Shown piece after piece: positions 44,691-55,678 of a stretch of DNA of 64,000 nt (the first letter of the stretch is position 1; each line of letters opens with the position of its first letter). The stretch covers positions 30,071 through 94,070 of the forward strand of contig CAWHYD010000002.1 in the NCBI GenBank assembly GCA_963833685.1. The letters run 5' to 3'. The position numbers and the translations under genes are program-made. The notes below the pieces were generated by a model. It made no database searches. It saw nothing but the letters and a program-made list of their open reading frames with translations, and had not been told where the DNA came from. The DNA is from an uncultured Alphaproteobacteria bacterium (lineage in GTDB: Bacteria; Pseudomonadota; Alphaproteobacteria; Sphingomonadales; Sphingomonadaceae).

Positions 44691-46924
44691 TCAAAATTCC
44701 GGCGTCAGCTCGCTGCCCATCAGCTTGGGGAAGAAACCTTCGTGCGCGGCGCGGAGGTCGGTCACCGAGACGCTGAAGCCGGGCCCCTGTACTGCGGTCC
44801 CGCCAACTTTCCCGATCGAGGCGGCAAAGATGTTAGCTTTTGTCGCGGTGGCGATTACTGCTTCCGGATTTGAGGTTGCGACGAGCGCTCGGCCCTGTTC
44901 CTCTCCGAACAGAATTGCGGCGGGATTGGGAACCTTCGGGAGCGACACCTCGACGCCAAGATTTCCGCTAATCGCCATTTCGGCGACCGCGACGAGTGCT
45001 CCGCCATCCGAAATGTCGTGCACGGCGCTAACGACACCTTGACCAATAATCTCGCGCAGCAGTTCTCCCAGGCGCCTTTCGACCGAGAGGTCGACAGTCG
45101 GTGCGGGACCTTCACGGCGGTCGTGGCAAACGTCGAGCCAAAGCGACTGGCCGACATGGCCGCTCGAGTGGCCGAGCACGACGAGCGTTTCACCCTCGGC
45201 CTTGAACCCGATCGTCGCCGACTTCTCCCAATCGTCGAGCAACCCCACCCCGCCGATCGCCGGCGTCGGCAGAATCGCGCTGCCGCCGCCCGTCGCCTTG
45301 CTCTCGTTGTAGAGGCTGACGTTGCCGCTCACGATCGGGAAGTCGAGCGCTCGGCAGGCGTCGCCCATGCCGCGCAGGCACTCGACGAACTGGGCCATGA
45401 TCTCGGGCCGCTGCGGGTTGCCGAAGTTGAGGCAGTTGGTCACCGCCAGCGGCTTGGCGCCGACCGCGCACAGATTGCGGTACGCCTCGGCGATCGCCTG
45501 CTTCCCGCCTTCATAAGGGTCGGCATAGCAATAGCGCGGGGTGCAGTCGGTGGTCATCGCCAGCGCCTTCTTCGACCCGTGCACGCGCACCACCGCGGCG
45601 TCGCCGCCCGGGCGCTGGACCGTGTCGCCGCCGACCTGCTGGTCGTACTGCTGGTAGATCCAGCGCCGGCTGGCGATGTTGGGCGAGCCCATCAGCTTCA
45701 ACAGGTCGGCTGCGATGTCGGTGCTTTCCGGCACGTCTCCGAGCGGCTTGACCTGCGCCCACGCCTTATACTCGTCGAGGCTCATGTGCGGGCGCTCGTA
45801 GAGCGGCGCTTCGTCGGCGAGCGGATCGAGCGGGATGTCGCAGACGACCTCGCCGTTCCATTCCAGCACCATGTGGCCGGTGTCGGTGACTTCGCCGATG
45901 ACCGCGAAGTCGAGCTCCCATTTGCGGAAGATCTTCTCGGCCTCGGCCTCGCGGCCGGGCTTCAGCACCATCAGCATCCGCTCCTGGCTTTCCGACAGCA
46001 TCATTTCATAGGGCGTCATGCCGGTTTCGCGGCACGGCACCTGGTTCATGTCGAGGCGGATGCCGGCGCCGCCCTTGCTCGCCATTTCGACCGATGAGCA
46101 GGTGAGCCCGGCGGCGCCCATGTCCTGGATGGCGACGATGGCGTCGGTCGCCATCAGCTCCAGGCAGGCCTCGATCAGCAGTTTCTCGGTGAACGGGTCG
46201 CCGACCTGCACCGTCGGGCGCTTCTCCTCGCTGTCCTCGCCGAAATCGGCGCATGGCCATGGTCGCGCCGTGGATGCCGTCGCGGCCGGTCTTGGAGCCG
46301 ACATAGACGATCGGATTGCCGATGCCGGTCGCCGGCCGAATAGAAAATCTTGTCGGTCCGGGCGACGCCGACGGTCATCGCGTTGACCAGGATGTTGCCG
46401 TCATAGGCCGCGTCGAAATTGACCTCGCCGCCGACGGTCGGGACGCCGACGCAATTGCCGTAGCCGCCGATGCCCGCGACCACGCCCGGCGATCAGATGC
46501 CGCATCTTGGGATGGTCGGGGCGGCCGAAGCGCAGCGCGTTCAGGTTGGCGATCGGCCGCGCGCCCATGGTGAAGACGTCGCGCAGGATGCCGCCGACGC
46601 CGGTCGCCGCGCCCTGGTAGGGCTCGATGTAGCAGGGGTGGTTGTGGCTCTCCATCTTGAAGATCGCGCGCATCGCCGTCGCCGATGTCGATGACGCCGG
46701 CATTCTCGCCCGGGCCGCAGATCACCCACGGCGCCTCGGTCGGCAGCTTCTTCAAATGGACGCGCGAGCTTTTGTAGCTGCAATGCTCCGACCACATGAC
46801 CGAGAAGATGCCGAGCTCGACGAGGTTCGGCTCGCGGCCGAGCGCTTTCAGGATGCGCTGATATTCTTCCTCGCGACAGGCCGTGCTCGGCGACGACCTG
46901 CGGCGTAATCTCTGCTTGCGACAT
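44691..46924 (-). CDS. purL: Phosphoribosylformylglycinamidine synthase subunit PurL (indels in the 5' part)
   Basis: [66 protein letters not shown]. Confidence 0.95.
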
Positions 46925-46957
46925 GCCGGGGCTGTTAGCGGGGGAGGGCGGCCAAGC

Positions 46958-48619
46958 CTAGCCGTCGCGCCGCGCGAACTTTTCGCCCGACCAGATGAAA
47001 GTGCGTGGCTGGCTGCCCGTGAAGTCCGCGAACGAGGCGCGCTCTGGTGACCAGGGCTCGTCGCCAACACGCCAGAGGTTGGTTCCGATGGAGGTCAGCG
47101 GCACTTCGGTTCCCAACCACAGCTGCCCGCCGCGTTCTATCACCTGCTGAGTGCCGAACCACGGACTGTCGTTGACGTAGCTACCCGACAGCTTCGCGAG
47201 CTCGGGGCTGGATGGAGGCAGGCGCCCGCCCGCGCCCGCGCCCGCGCGCAGGTACGACAACGGCCCCCAGCTTGCTCCGGCGATGGTGTTGGCGCGCCGC
47301 TCGAACATCAGGCTGAAGCGGCGGAATGCCGGGTGACGCGTGCGGAACAGGTCGCCGCCCGCGGGGAGCAGCGGCGCCGAGCGTCCGCCGGAGACGATCG
47401 TTAGCGCCGGCCCGGACGCCCGCACCTCGAAGCTACCGCCGGGTCCGCTGAAGCGCCCGGAATAGGCGGCGGGAACGGCTAGGATGATGCCGAGCGGCGG
47501 GGCAGCGGGCGGCGCCTTGCCAGCCAGCGCGTTGGTCAGGGCATCGGCGGCGAACCGGGTCAGCAGGCGCGGGCGATATTCGGCAAGATAGCCGATGTTG
47601 GCGCTCGCGAATGCCGCGACCCCGCTGGCTGTGTCGAGGTGGAAGGAGGAGGAGAAGCCGACCATCCCCCCCGTGTGGTGAAGGTAGGAGCGTCCGTCGG
47701 CGCCGACATGCATCAGCGCATTGCCATAGGTCATGTCCGGGACATCGCTTGGCACCGCGTGGCTGGTGAACACGCGCGCCAGCGCCGGCGGCAGGCCGAG
47801 CCCGCCGCGGCCCTGCGCAGCGCCCGCCAGCGAGCGCATCAGCTTGCTCATGTCGTCGGCGGTCGAAGCGACCCCGCCCGCCGCATCGTCCTCGTCGATC
47901 CAGCGTGCAGGCGCGAGTGCATCGCCAGGAAGAAACGGCTCGCCGTCGGCGGGCTGATAGCCGGTGGCGTAGCGCGGGCGGTCGGCCAGCCGGATCGCGC
48001 CCAGGCTATGGTTCATCCCCAGCGGCCGGAAGATGCGCTCCTCAAGCAGCTGTGCGAGGGGCTTTCCGCCCAGTTTCTCCGCCAGCTTTCCGAGAATTAC
48101 ATAACCGGTATTCGAATAGTGCCAGTGCTGGCCGGGGGGATAGCCGGTCCACAAGCCGCCCTCGGGCCGGAGCGGCGCATCCGCGGCAAGCCCCGCGACA
48201 TGATCCAGCAAGTGCTGGACCTGGATGCCATTGCCATTCGGCAGCGGGATGTCGGGAAGCAGCGTGCTGATGCGGTCGGTGAAGGCGAAGCGCCCTTCGG
48301 CGGCCAGCTGCTGGAGCAAAGCCGCGCTGATCAGCTTGCTCAGCGATCCGACCTGGAACAGGGTTTCGGGACCGATCGCGGTCCGCGCCGCCGTGTCGGC
48401 ATAGCCGAAATTCAGCGTGCGGCTGGTCCCGTCGGGCAGGCTGAGGCCGAGCGTCAGCCCAGGCAGGTCAAAACAACGCCGGTGTGCCTCGGCATAAGCG
48501 GCGATTGCGTTAAGCGCCGGGCCGAGCGCCGCGCCACCTTGCGCGCCCGCGCGCGCCGGAAGCTGCAGCGCAACCGCGGCGCTGAAAGCACCGCCAGCAA
48601 ACGCGCGCCTGCTGATCAT
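46958..48619 (-). CDS. Tat-exported serine hydrolase (beta-lactamase class C-like)
   Basis: SRRAF Tat motif; FQVGSLSK (SxxK), YSN, HTGG. Confidence 0.85.
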   Translation of the reverse strand: MISRRAFAGGAFSAAVALQLPARAGAQGGAALGPALNAIAAYAEAHRRCFDLPGLTLGLSLPDGTSRTLNFGYADTAARTAIGPETLFQVGSLSKLISAALLQQLAAEGRFAFTDRISTLLPDIPLPNGNGIQVQHLLDHVAGLAADAPLRPEGGLWTGYPPGQHWHYSNTGYVILGKLAEKLGGKPLAQLLEERIFRPLGMNHSLGAIRLADRPRYATGYQPADGEPFLPGDALAPARWIDEDDAAGGVASTADDMSKLMRSLAGAAQGRGGLGLPPALARVFTSHAVPSDVPDMTYGNALMHVGADGRSYLHHTGGMVGFSSSFHLDTASGVAAFASANIGYLAEYRPRLLTRFAADALTNALAGKAPPAAPPLGIILAVPAAYSGRFSGPGGSFEVRASGPALTIVSGGRSAPLLPAGGDLFRTRHPAFRRFSLMFERRANTIAGASWGPLSYLRAGAGAGGRLPPSSPELAKLSGSYVNDSPWFGTQQVIERGGQLWLGTEVPLTSIGTNLWRVGDEPWSPERASFADFTGSQPRTFIWSGEKFARRDG

Positions 48620-48671
48620 TGGACCGTCCACAGCCGCCCGAATTCAGGCCCGCCGAAGCGGAGTCAATGGC

Positions 48672-49010
48672 TTAGGCGCTGCAGCTCTCGCCGTTGTAGG
48701 TGATCTCCGAACCCTTGGCGTCGCCCTTCAGCGAAGCCGATCCGGCCGGAACCGCGACGCCCAGATCTTCCTTCGACGTCTTCACGCGCGCGCTGCCGTC
48801 CGACATCCAGTCGACGTAGACGAGCTTGTTGTCGCCGCAGCGGTAGGACTTGCTGGCGGTGATCGATGGCGGCAGCGCGACCGGCGTGGTCGCGACGTTG
48901 GCGCCATTTTCCATGCTGTCGTCGGGGCCGGCGACGATGGTGTGATCTTGCTTGTTGCAGGCAGCAAGCGACGCGGTCGCCGCGAGGGCGATGAGCAGGG
49001 TGCGAGTCAT
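48672..49010 (-). CDS. Small lipoprotein (MliC-like fold possible)
   Basis: Lipobox LAAC; SKSYRCGDNKLVYVDW and a C-terminal Cys. Confidence 0.65.
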   Translation of the reverse strand: MTRTLLIALAATASLAACNKQDHTIVAGPDDSMENGANVATTPVALPPSITASKSYRCGDNKLVYVDWMSDGSARVKTSKEDLGVAVPAGSASLKGDAKGSEITYNGESCSA

Positions 49011-49096
49011 GAGCGCCCCTTTGCGAGCCGGCGCGCCGCCGTCAAGGGCCAAGCGCTTGCATATTGACGAACGCACTCATAGCTTCTGCGACCGCA

Positions 49097-49327
49097 ATGC
49101 CCGATCAGCCCGGCACAAGCGCTCAGCGCATTCGTATCGGGCTCACGGGACTGGCCGTGGCCTTCCTCGTCGTCCTGCTCGCCTCCGCCATCAGCCGCGC
49201 CAGCCGCGATGATGTCAGCAACGCCGCCCAGCAGGCTGCCGCCAACGAGCCGAGCGAGCCGCTGGCCGAAGTCGGCGTGGCGCCCGGAGCGCCCGAAACC
49301 ACCAACAACACCACAGCCAAGAAGTGA
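49097..49327 (+). CDS. Small single-TM hypothetical protein
   Basis: QRIRIGLTGLAVAFLVVLLA..EPLAEVGVAP; GTGA overlap with the next gene. Confidence 0.6.
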   Translation: MPDQPGTSAQRIRIGLTGLAVAFLVVLLASAISRASRDDVSNAAQQAAANEPSEPLAEVGVAPGAPETTNNTTAKK

Positions 49328-50049
49328 CCGGCGCGCGGCTGCGCGCGCTGCTTCTCGGGCTGATCGCAGCGTTGGCCGTGGCAGCGATCGTATTCGCCTT
49401 TGCAAGGCCCGAACCCAAGGCGCCCGCGGCCCCGGTCGCGGAACGCCCGACCTTGCTGCTGCTGACCAGCTTGCCGCTCATGTTCGGCGAGGACTTTTCG
49501 CTGGAGCAAAGAGGCTCGCCCGCGCTCACGGCGCTTCAAAAGCATTATCGCGTCGTACCGATCAGCGTCGCCAGCCCGGCCGAGCTCGCCAAAGGGCGGC
49601 TCCTGCTCATGGCGCAGCCGATGGCCCAGCCCGCCGAGGACCTTGTCGCCCTGGATGAATGGGTTCGGCAAGGCGGGCGCCTGCTGCTGCTCGCCGACCC
49701 GCTGCTCGAATGGCCGAGCGAACGCCCGCTTGGCGACCCAACGCGACCGCCGCCGATGTTCATGGACACCGGGCTGCTCGGCCATTGGGGGCTGCGCCTC
49801 GATGCACCCGACGAGCGCGGGCCCAGGCATGCCCAACTCGGCGGCCAGTCGGTGCTCGCGATTTCACCGGGCACCCTGTCGGGCAAGGGATGCACGATTT
49901 CGCCCGATCGATTCGTCGCACATTGCGCAATCGGAGAGGGGCGGGCGACCGTGATTGCCGACGCCGACATCCTCGAGATTGACCGACTTGAAGGGGCGGA
50001 CGACAATTTGGACGGCCTGCTCGCGGAGCTTGATGCCCTCCGAAAGTGA
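49324..50049 (+). CDS. Membrane-anchored DUF4350/GldG-like protein
   Basis: N-terminal TM; LLMAQP, LVALDEWVRQGGRLLLLADP, GRATVIADAD glutamine-amidotransferase-like pattern. Confidence 0.65.
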   Translation: MTGARLRALLLGLIAALAVAAIVFAFARPEPKAPAAPVAERPTLLLLTSLPLMFGEDFSLEQRGSPALTALQKHYRVVPISVASPAELAKGRLLLMAQPMAQPAEDLVALDEWVRQGGRLLLLADPLLEWPSERPLGDPTRPPPMFMDTGLLGHWGLRLDAPDERGPRHAQLGGQSVLAISPGTLSGKGCTISPDRFVAHCAIGEGRATVIADADILEIDRLEGADDNLDGLLAELDALRK

Positions 50050-50066
50050 TTCGTTCGGTCACAGGC

Positions 50067-50075
50067 TTATCCACA
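50067..50075 (+). promoter_or_regulatory. Perfect DnaA box upstream of the dcw cluster
   Basis: TTATCCACA exact consensus in intergenic DNA. Confidence 0.55.
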
Positions 50076-50127
50076 GGGTTGTGCAGCGAGAACAGGCAAG
50101 GAACAAAGCCATATCGGCCCAAGTCAA

Positions 50128-50194
50128 ACCCCTCTATTCCCCTCTGAGAACCATGAATTCCCACCAAATCCCATAAAAACCCATTGTGTCCCGT
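50128..50194. promoter_or_regulatory. MraZ operator: 10-bp periodic CCCA-like (TGGG) direct repeats
   Basis: ccCCT/ccCCT/aaCCA/tcCCA/tcCCA/acCCA/tcCCG at 50129, 50139, 50149, 50159, 50169, 50179 and 50189. Confidence 0.7.
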
Positions 50195-50324
50195 GGCCGG
50201 TTGAGTTACCAACAATGGCTGTAGCGCGGGGGAATGAGACCCTTTTCAAATTCGGGCGTGGGGTACGCGACGGCGTGCTTCCGCGGACGGAACTTTGCGC
50301 GCTGCGAACGGGGAGTGGTTTGGC

Positions 50325-50816
50325 GTGGCGCTTGAGCATCTGTTCCAGGGCAGTGCGCTGAACGCGGTCGATGCAAAGGGCCGCGTATCCATTCCCGCAT
50401 TCCTCCGCGGCGTCATCGAACGCCGCGGCGACGCCCGCACCATCGTCCTCGCCAAGCACGAAACCTTCGCCTGCCTCAGCGCCTACGATCCCGCCTACGC
50501 CGCGCTGAAGCACGCCAAGCTCGAGCGGCTGCTCGAGAAGGAAGAGACCGGCCCCGACGCCCAGCTCGACTATCAGCAGCGCAATCTCATGGCCTTCGCC
50601 GCTACCGAGGAAGTGCCGTACGACAGTTCGGGCCGGATCCTGTTCCCGCCGATGATGCGCCGCAAGGGCCAGATCGGCGAGCTCGCACTCTTCCTCGGCA
50701 CCGGTGAGACGTTCCAGATCTGGAACCCGCAGATGCTGCTCGACGACAAGCGCATTCCCGACGACCTCAAGGACATCGCTCGCTTCCGCCTCGAAGAACG
50801 GGGTGGCACCGCATGA
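50325..50816 (+). CDS. mraZ: Division/cell wall cluster repressor MraZ
   Basis: [10 protein letters not shown] and [10 protein letters not shown] twin AbrB motifs; GETFQIW. Confidence 0.93.
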   Translation: MALEHLFQGSALNAVDAKGRVSIPAFLRGVIERRGDARTIVLAKHETFACLSAYDPAYAALKHAKLERLLEKEETGPDAQLDYQQRNLMAFAATEEVPYDSSGRILFPPMMRRKGQIGELALFLGTGETFQIWNPQMLLDDKRIPDDLKDIARFRLEERGGTA

Positions 50817-51769
50817 CCAGCACCGGCTCACGAATTGCCCCTCATGTGCCGGTGCTGGTCAACCAGGTGATCGAAGCGCTCGCTCTTCACGATGGCGCGA
50901 CGGCGGTCGACGGCACCTTCGGCGCGGGCGGCTATACCCGCGCCATGCTCTCCGCGGGGGCGGGACGAGTGATCGGCTTCGACCGCGACCCCGATGCGAT
51001 CGCCGCCGGCAAGTCGCTCGTCCCGGACTCGCGCCTGACCCTGGTCGAGGAGCGCTTCAGCCAGATGGACCGCGCCCTGGCCGATCGCGGCATCGGTCCG
51101 GTCGACGCCATCGCACTCGATATCGGCGTCAGCTCGATGCAGCTCGACCGGGCCGAGCGCGGCTTCTCGTTCCAGGCCGACGGCCCGCTCGACATGCGGA
51201 TGAGCCGCTCCGGCCTGACCGCCGCGGAATTTCTGAATTCGGCTGAAGAAGCCGACATCGCCCGGGTCTTGCGCGACTATGGGGAGGAGCCGCGCGCCCG
51301 GGCGATCGCCCGCGCCATCGTTGCTGCCCGTCCGGTCGAGCGGACGGCGGAGCTCGCCGCCATCGTTCGCCGCGCCGCGGGTTTTCGCCCCGGCCAAAAG
51401 GCCGATCCCGCGACGCGCACTTTCCAGGCGATCCGCATCCACCTCAACGCCGAGCTAGACGAGCTCGAGCAGGGCCTCGAAGCCGCTGAGCGCGCTCTCA
51501 AGCCCGGCGGGCGGCTCGCCGTGGTCACCTTTCACAGCCTTGAGGACCGGATCGTGAAGCGCTTCTTCCGTGAACGCAGCGGAGGAACGCCGGCCGGTTC
51601 GCGTCACCGTCCTGCGCTTGTCGATCCTAACGAGCCGACGTTCGAGCGGGTCGCCAAGCCGGTTTCCCCGACCGAGCCCGAGCTGGCCACGAACCCGCGC
51701 GCCCGCTCGGCACGTCTGCGCAGCGCGGTCCGGACTGCGGCCCCACCAAGGAAGGAAACGGTGCAATGA
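50813..51769 (+). CDS. rsmH: 16S rRNA m4C1402 methyltransferase
   Basis: [48 protein letters not shown]. Confidence 0.96.
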   Translation: MTSTGSRIAPHVPVLVNQVIEALALHDGATAVDGTFGAGGYTRAMLSAGAGRVIGFDRDPDAIAAGKSLVPDSRLTLVEERFSQMDRALADRGIGPVDAIALDIGVSSMQLDRAERGFSFQADGPLDMRMSRSGLTAAEFLNSAEEADIARVLRDYGEEPRARAIARAIVAARPVERTAELAAIVRRAAGFRPGQKADPATRTFQAIRIHLNAELDELEQGLEAAERALKPGGRLAVVTFHSLEDRIVKRFFRERSGGTPAGSRHRPALVDPNEPTFERVAKPVSPTEPELATNPRARSARLRSAVRTAAPPRKETVQ

Positions 51770-52545
51770 GCGGGCTTCGTAGCTTCCGTTCGATCGTCAT
51801 GGTCGCCAGCTGCGCCGGAGCGGCGCTTGGCTGCTACCTCGTGTCGCTGCGGGTGGCGTCGGAACGCGCCGCGCTGGAGGATGTCGAGACCAGGATCGTG
51901 CTCCAGCAGCGTGAGTTGCGCGTCCTCCAGACCGAGATCGGCACGCGCGGCCGCCTGGCCCAGCTCGAGCGCTGGAATGCCAGCGTGCTCGCCATGTCCG
52001 CGCCGTCCGCCGACCAGTTCCTGCAGGGCGGCTTCGAACTCGCCCGGCTGACGCAGCCCGAACGCAAGGTCGATTTCCAGGCTCCGGTGGTGTTGGCTTC
52101 GGCGCCCCAGCCTGAGCAGCGCGTGGCGCCCGAAAACGTGGCGAACGACGATTCCGGCGCGCCACCAGCGGCAGCGCCTATGCAATTGCTTCATCAGGCA
52201 AGCTTGAAGACCGAGACGCGCGAGGTCCCGGCAAGGATGGTCGAGGCATTGCCCCGCCCGGCCGTCCCGAAATCCACGGACAGGCCGGCGGCAGCGGCGA
52301 AGCCGGCCCCAACAGGGTCCGTGGGTAGGCCGGGCCTCGCGGCCGCCCAATCGCCGGCCCGCAAGGGGGCCGATAAACCGCCGGTTGCCAAGGCGGCGGC
52401 AAGCGTAAAGAAAACCGTGGATAAGCCCGCGAGCGTCGCTGCGAAACCGGTGACAAAGCCGGTTCAGGTTGCGAAGACCGATCCGCTCGCGCCGCTTTCG
52501 GCCGGGCAATCCGCCAAGCACAGGGACAAGCCAGCCGCCCGATGA
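51766..52545 (+). CDS. ftsL: FtsL-like cell division protein with a long Pro/Ala/Lys-rich tail
   Basis: TM plus coiled coil, at the ftsL position between rsmH and ftsI with ATGA overlaps. Confidence 0.7.
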   Translation: MSGLRSFRSIVMVASCAGAALGCYLVSLRVASERAALEDVETRIVLQQRELRVLQTEIGTRGRLAQLERWNASVLAMSAPSADQFLQGGFELARLTQPERKVDFQAPVVLASAPQPEQRVAPENVANDDSGAPPAAAPMQLLHQASLKTETREVPARMVEALPRPAVPKSTDRPAAAAKPAPTGSVGRPGLAAAQSPARKGADKPPVAKAAASVKKTVDKPASVAAKPVTKPVQVAKTDPLAPLSAGQSAKHRDKPAAR

Positions 52546-54254
52546 ACGCCCCGTCGCCCGCTCTCGTCGCGCCCCGGCCCGAGCGGCTCCGACTGGTCGG
52601 ACAGCGTCGGCAAGCCCTGGCGATTATCCACCAGCGGCTGATGTTCGGGATGCTGGTCTACGCCGGTATCGTCGTTTTGATCGCCCTGCGCATCCTGTGG
52701 CTTGCCGCGTTCGGCGACCATGCCGGGCGCAAGGAAGGCCTGACGTCGCTGGTCCCCGAGCGCGGGGACATCGTCGACCGCGACGGCGAGCCGCTGGCGC
52801 GAACCATCGACGCCTGGACCATCGCGCTTCACCCGGGAAAGGTGATCGGCGACAAGCTGGCGCTCGCCCGCCACCTCGCCCAATTGATGCCCGAGCACAG
52901 CGAGGAGCAATATTTCGCGCTGGTGAAATCGGGCAAGCCGTTCTTCTATCTCCGCCGCCGCGCGTCTCCGTCGCTGGTCGAGGCGGTCAACGCGCTCGGT
53001 GAGCCGGGGCTCGCGATCCAGGCCGAGCCCGACCGGCTCTATCCCCAGACGAGCCTCGCCGCGCACGTCCTCGGCTATACCGACATCGACGGCCACGGCG
53101 CCGCCGGTGTCGAGCGTGCTTTCGACAAATATCTTTCCGATCCGGCGACGCGCGGACAGCCGCTCACACTATCCATCTCCAGCCGCATCCAGCAGGCGCT
53201 CGAGCATGAGCTTGGCGCTGCCATGTCCACCTTCTCGGCGATCGGCGCGGCCGGCGTGGTGATGGACGTGCGCACCGGCGAAGTGCTGGCGATGACGTCG
53301 CTGCCGGCGATGAACCCTAACGTCCCGGGACAAATCACGCCGGACCAGATGTTCAACCGCGCCACGCTCGGGGTGTTCGAGCTCGGTTCGACCTTCAAGC
53401 CGTTCACGCTGGCCATGTCGATGGATTCCGGCGTCGTTTCCGGTCCGGGTCAGATCTACAATTGCCCGCAAGTGCTGCCCGCGTACGGCCACCTGGTCCA
53501 TGATACCCACCCGTTCGGGCGTCAGTGTTCGGTCGCCGAAATCATGATGGAAAGCTCGAACATCGGCATGGCCCAGATGGCTGACCATCTCGGCAAGGAC
53601 CGTCAGAAGGCGTGGCTCAAGAAGATGGGCTTCCTTGATAAAGCCGAAATCGAGCTGAAGGAGAAGGGTCGGCCGCTGACGCCCGGCGTCCGTTGGGGCC
53701 CATTTGAAACCATGACCATCGGGTTCGGCCAGGGGATCGCGGTTGCCCCGCTGCAGCTGGCGTCGGGCTATGCGACCCTCTTTGACGGCGGCATCTACCA
53801 TCCGCCGACGATTCTGAAGGTTGGCCCCGATCACCCGTTGGCGCAGGGCAGGCGGGTCTTTACCGCGGACACCAGCTACCGCATGCGCTCGCTGCTCCGG
53901 CTGGTCGTGATGAAGGGCACCGGCAGGAAAGCCGACGCGCCCGGCTACCGCGTCGGCGGCAAGACCGGCACCGCGCAAAAGCTGATCAACGGCCACTATA
54001 GCCAGACCGTCAACATCACGAGCTTCGCGGGTGTGTTCCCAATGGACGACCCGCGCTATGTGATCGTCGTCATGCTCGACGAACCCAAGGCGACCAAGGA
54101 TACCTACGGATTCACGACTGCCGGGTGGAACGTTGCCCCGGTGGTCAGCCGCACCGTCAGCCGCATTGCCCCCATGCTCGGCGTCCAGCCCGACAGGAGC
54201 CGCGAACCCAACATGGGTGAGGTTCTGCCCTTCGTTCACGAAACGAAGGAGTAA
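52542..54254 (+). CDS. ftsI: Penicillin-binding protein 3 (septal transpeptidase)
   Basis: RGDIVDRDG, ELGSTFK (SxxK), SSN, KTGT. Confidence 0.94.
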   Translation: MNAPSPALVAPRPERLRLVGQRRQALAIIHQRLMFGMLVYAGIVVLIALRILWLAAFGDHAGRKEGLTSLVPERGDIVDRDGEPLARTIDAWTIALHPGKVIGDKLALARHLAQLMPEHSEEQYFALVKSGKPFFYLRRRASPSLVEAVNALGEPGLAIQAEPDRLYPQTSLAAHVLGYTDIDGHGAAGVERAFDKYLSDPATRGQPLTLSISSRIQQALEHELGAAMSTFSAIGAAGVVMDVRTGEVLAMTSLPAMNPNVPGQITPDQMFNRATLGVFELGSTFKPFTLAMSMDSGVVSGPGQIYNCPQVLPAYGHLVHDTHPFGRQCSVAEIMMESSNIGMAQMADHLGKDRQKAWLKKMGFLDKAEIELKEKGRPLTPGVRWGPFETMTIGFGQGIAVAPLQLASGYATLFDGGIYHPPTILKVGPDHPLAQGRRVFTADTSYRMRSLLRLVVMKGTGRKADAPGYRVGGKTGTAQKLINGHYSQTVNITSFAGVFPMDDPRYVIVVMLDEPKATKDTYGFTTAGWNVAPVVSRTVSRIAPMLGVQPDRSREPNMGEVLPFVHETKE

Positions 54255-54262
54255 CCTTCAAG

Positions 54263-55678
54263 GTGCGCCTGCGCGACATCGCGGACATCGACAGCGATTC
54301 CGAAGTCACCGGCTTTGCGATCGACCATCGCAAGGTCGCCCGCGGCAGCGTGTTCGGGGCTTTCCAGGGCGCATTGTTCAACGGCGAGGATTTCGTCGGC
54401 CAGGCGGTCGAGCGCGGCGCCATCGCCGTCGTCGCCCGGCCCGAAGCGCCGGTCGAGCGCGTGCCCTTGGTTGCCGACCCCGAGCCGCGGCGGCTGTTCG
54501 CCGCGCTCGCCGCGAAATTCTATGCGCCCTATCCCGACACCATCGTCGCCGTGACCGGGACCAACGGCAAGACCTCGACGGTCGAGATGACCCGTCAGAT
54601 TTGGCGCATGTCGGGGCTTCGCGCGGCTTCGATCGGGACGCTTGGCGTGACCACCGCCGACGACCAGGTGAAGACCGGGCTGACCACGCCCGACATCGTC
54701 ACCTTCCTCAACAATATGGCCGGGCTCGAGCGCATGGGCACGAGCCATGTCGCGTACGAAGCGTCGAGCCACGGCCTCGACCAGCATCGCGCCGAGGGCG
54801 TTCCACTCGCCGCCGCCGCCTTCACCAACTTCAGCCGCGATCACCTTGACTACCATCAGACCATGGACGCTTATTTCGAGTCCAAGATGCGGCTGTTCGA
54901 GGAGCTTCTGCCGCCCGGCAAGCCGGCGGTGATCTGGACCGACGACCCCAAATCTGAGGAAGTAATTGAGCGGGCGCACGCGAGCGGACATCCGGTGCTG
55001 ACCGTCGGCCGCCAAGGCGAGACCATCCGCCTGGTCGACCAGAAGCCGACGCCGCTGGGCCAGCAATTGTTGCTCGAACATGAGGACCGCAGCCTCAAGC
55101 TCTCGCTGCCGTTGATCGGTGCCTATCAGGCGGCGAACGTGCTGGTCGCGGCGGGCCTGGCCATGGCGACCGGGCTCGGCTTCGACCGCACCTTCTCGGC
55201 GATGCAGCGGGTCGCGCCGGTGCGCGGCCGGCTGGAGCGCGCGGTGATCAGCCGCGACGGCGTTCCCGTCTACGTCGATTACGCCCACACCCCAGACGCG
55301 CTCGAAGCCGCGATCGCCGCGCTCCGCCCGCACGTCGACGGCAAGCTGATCACCGTGTTCGGCGCCGGTGGCGACCGCGACCAGGGCAAGCGCCCCGAAA
55401 TGGGCGCCGTCGCCATCAAGCTGTCCGACGTAGTGATCGTGACGGACGATAATCCCAGGACCGAAGATCCCGCGCGCATCCGCGCCGAGATCATGGCGGG
55501 TGCGCCGGGCGCGACCGAAGTCGCCGACCGCCGCGCTGCCATCGCCGAAGCGATCCGCATCGCCAGGAGCGGCGACATCATCCTGCTCGCCGGCAAGGGC
55601 CACGAGACCGGCCAGATCGTCGGCGACCGCGTGCTTCCGTTCGATGACGCCCTGGTCGCGCGGGAGTGCGCCGCGTGA
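54263..55678 (+). CDS. murE: UDP-MurNAc-tripeptide synthetase (mDAP-adding)
   Basis: GTNGKTS, EASSHGL, DYAHTPD, DNPR, AGKGHE. Confidence 0.95.
   Translation: MRLRDIADIDSDSEVTGFAIDHRKVARGSVFGAFQGALFNGEDFVGQAVERGAIAVVARPEAPVERVPLVADPEPRRLFAALAAKFYAPYPDTIVAVTGTNGKTSTVEMTRQIWRMSGLRAASIGTLGVTTADDQVKTGLTTPDIVTFLNNMAGLERMGTSHVAYEASSHGLDQHRAEGVPLAAAAFTNFSRDHLDYHQTMDAYFESKMRLFEELLPPGKPAVIWTDDPKSEEVIERAHASGHPVLTVGRQGETIRLVDQKPTPLGQQLLLEHEDRSLKLSLPLIGAYQAANVLVAAGLAMATGLGFDRTFSAMQRVAPVRGRLERAVISRDGVPVYVDYAHTPDALEAAIAALRPHVDGKLITVFGAGGDRDQGKRPEMGAVAIKLSDVVIVTDDNPRTEDPARIRAEIMAGAPGATEVADRRAAIAEAIRIARSGDIILLAGKGHETGQIVGDRVLPFDDALVARECAA

Noticed and set aside
50128-50194. CRISPR array or microsatellite
   Set aside because: Period is 10 bp with 4-6 bp cores, which fits an MraZ operator. 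No repeat-spacer array or cas gene is visible anywhere in the window.
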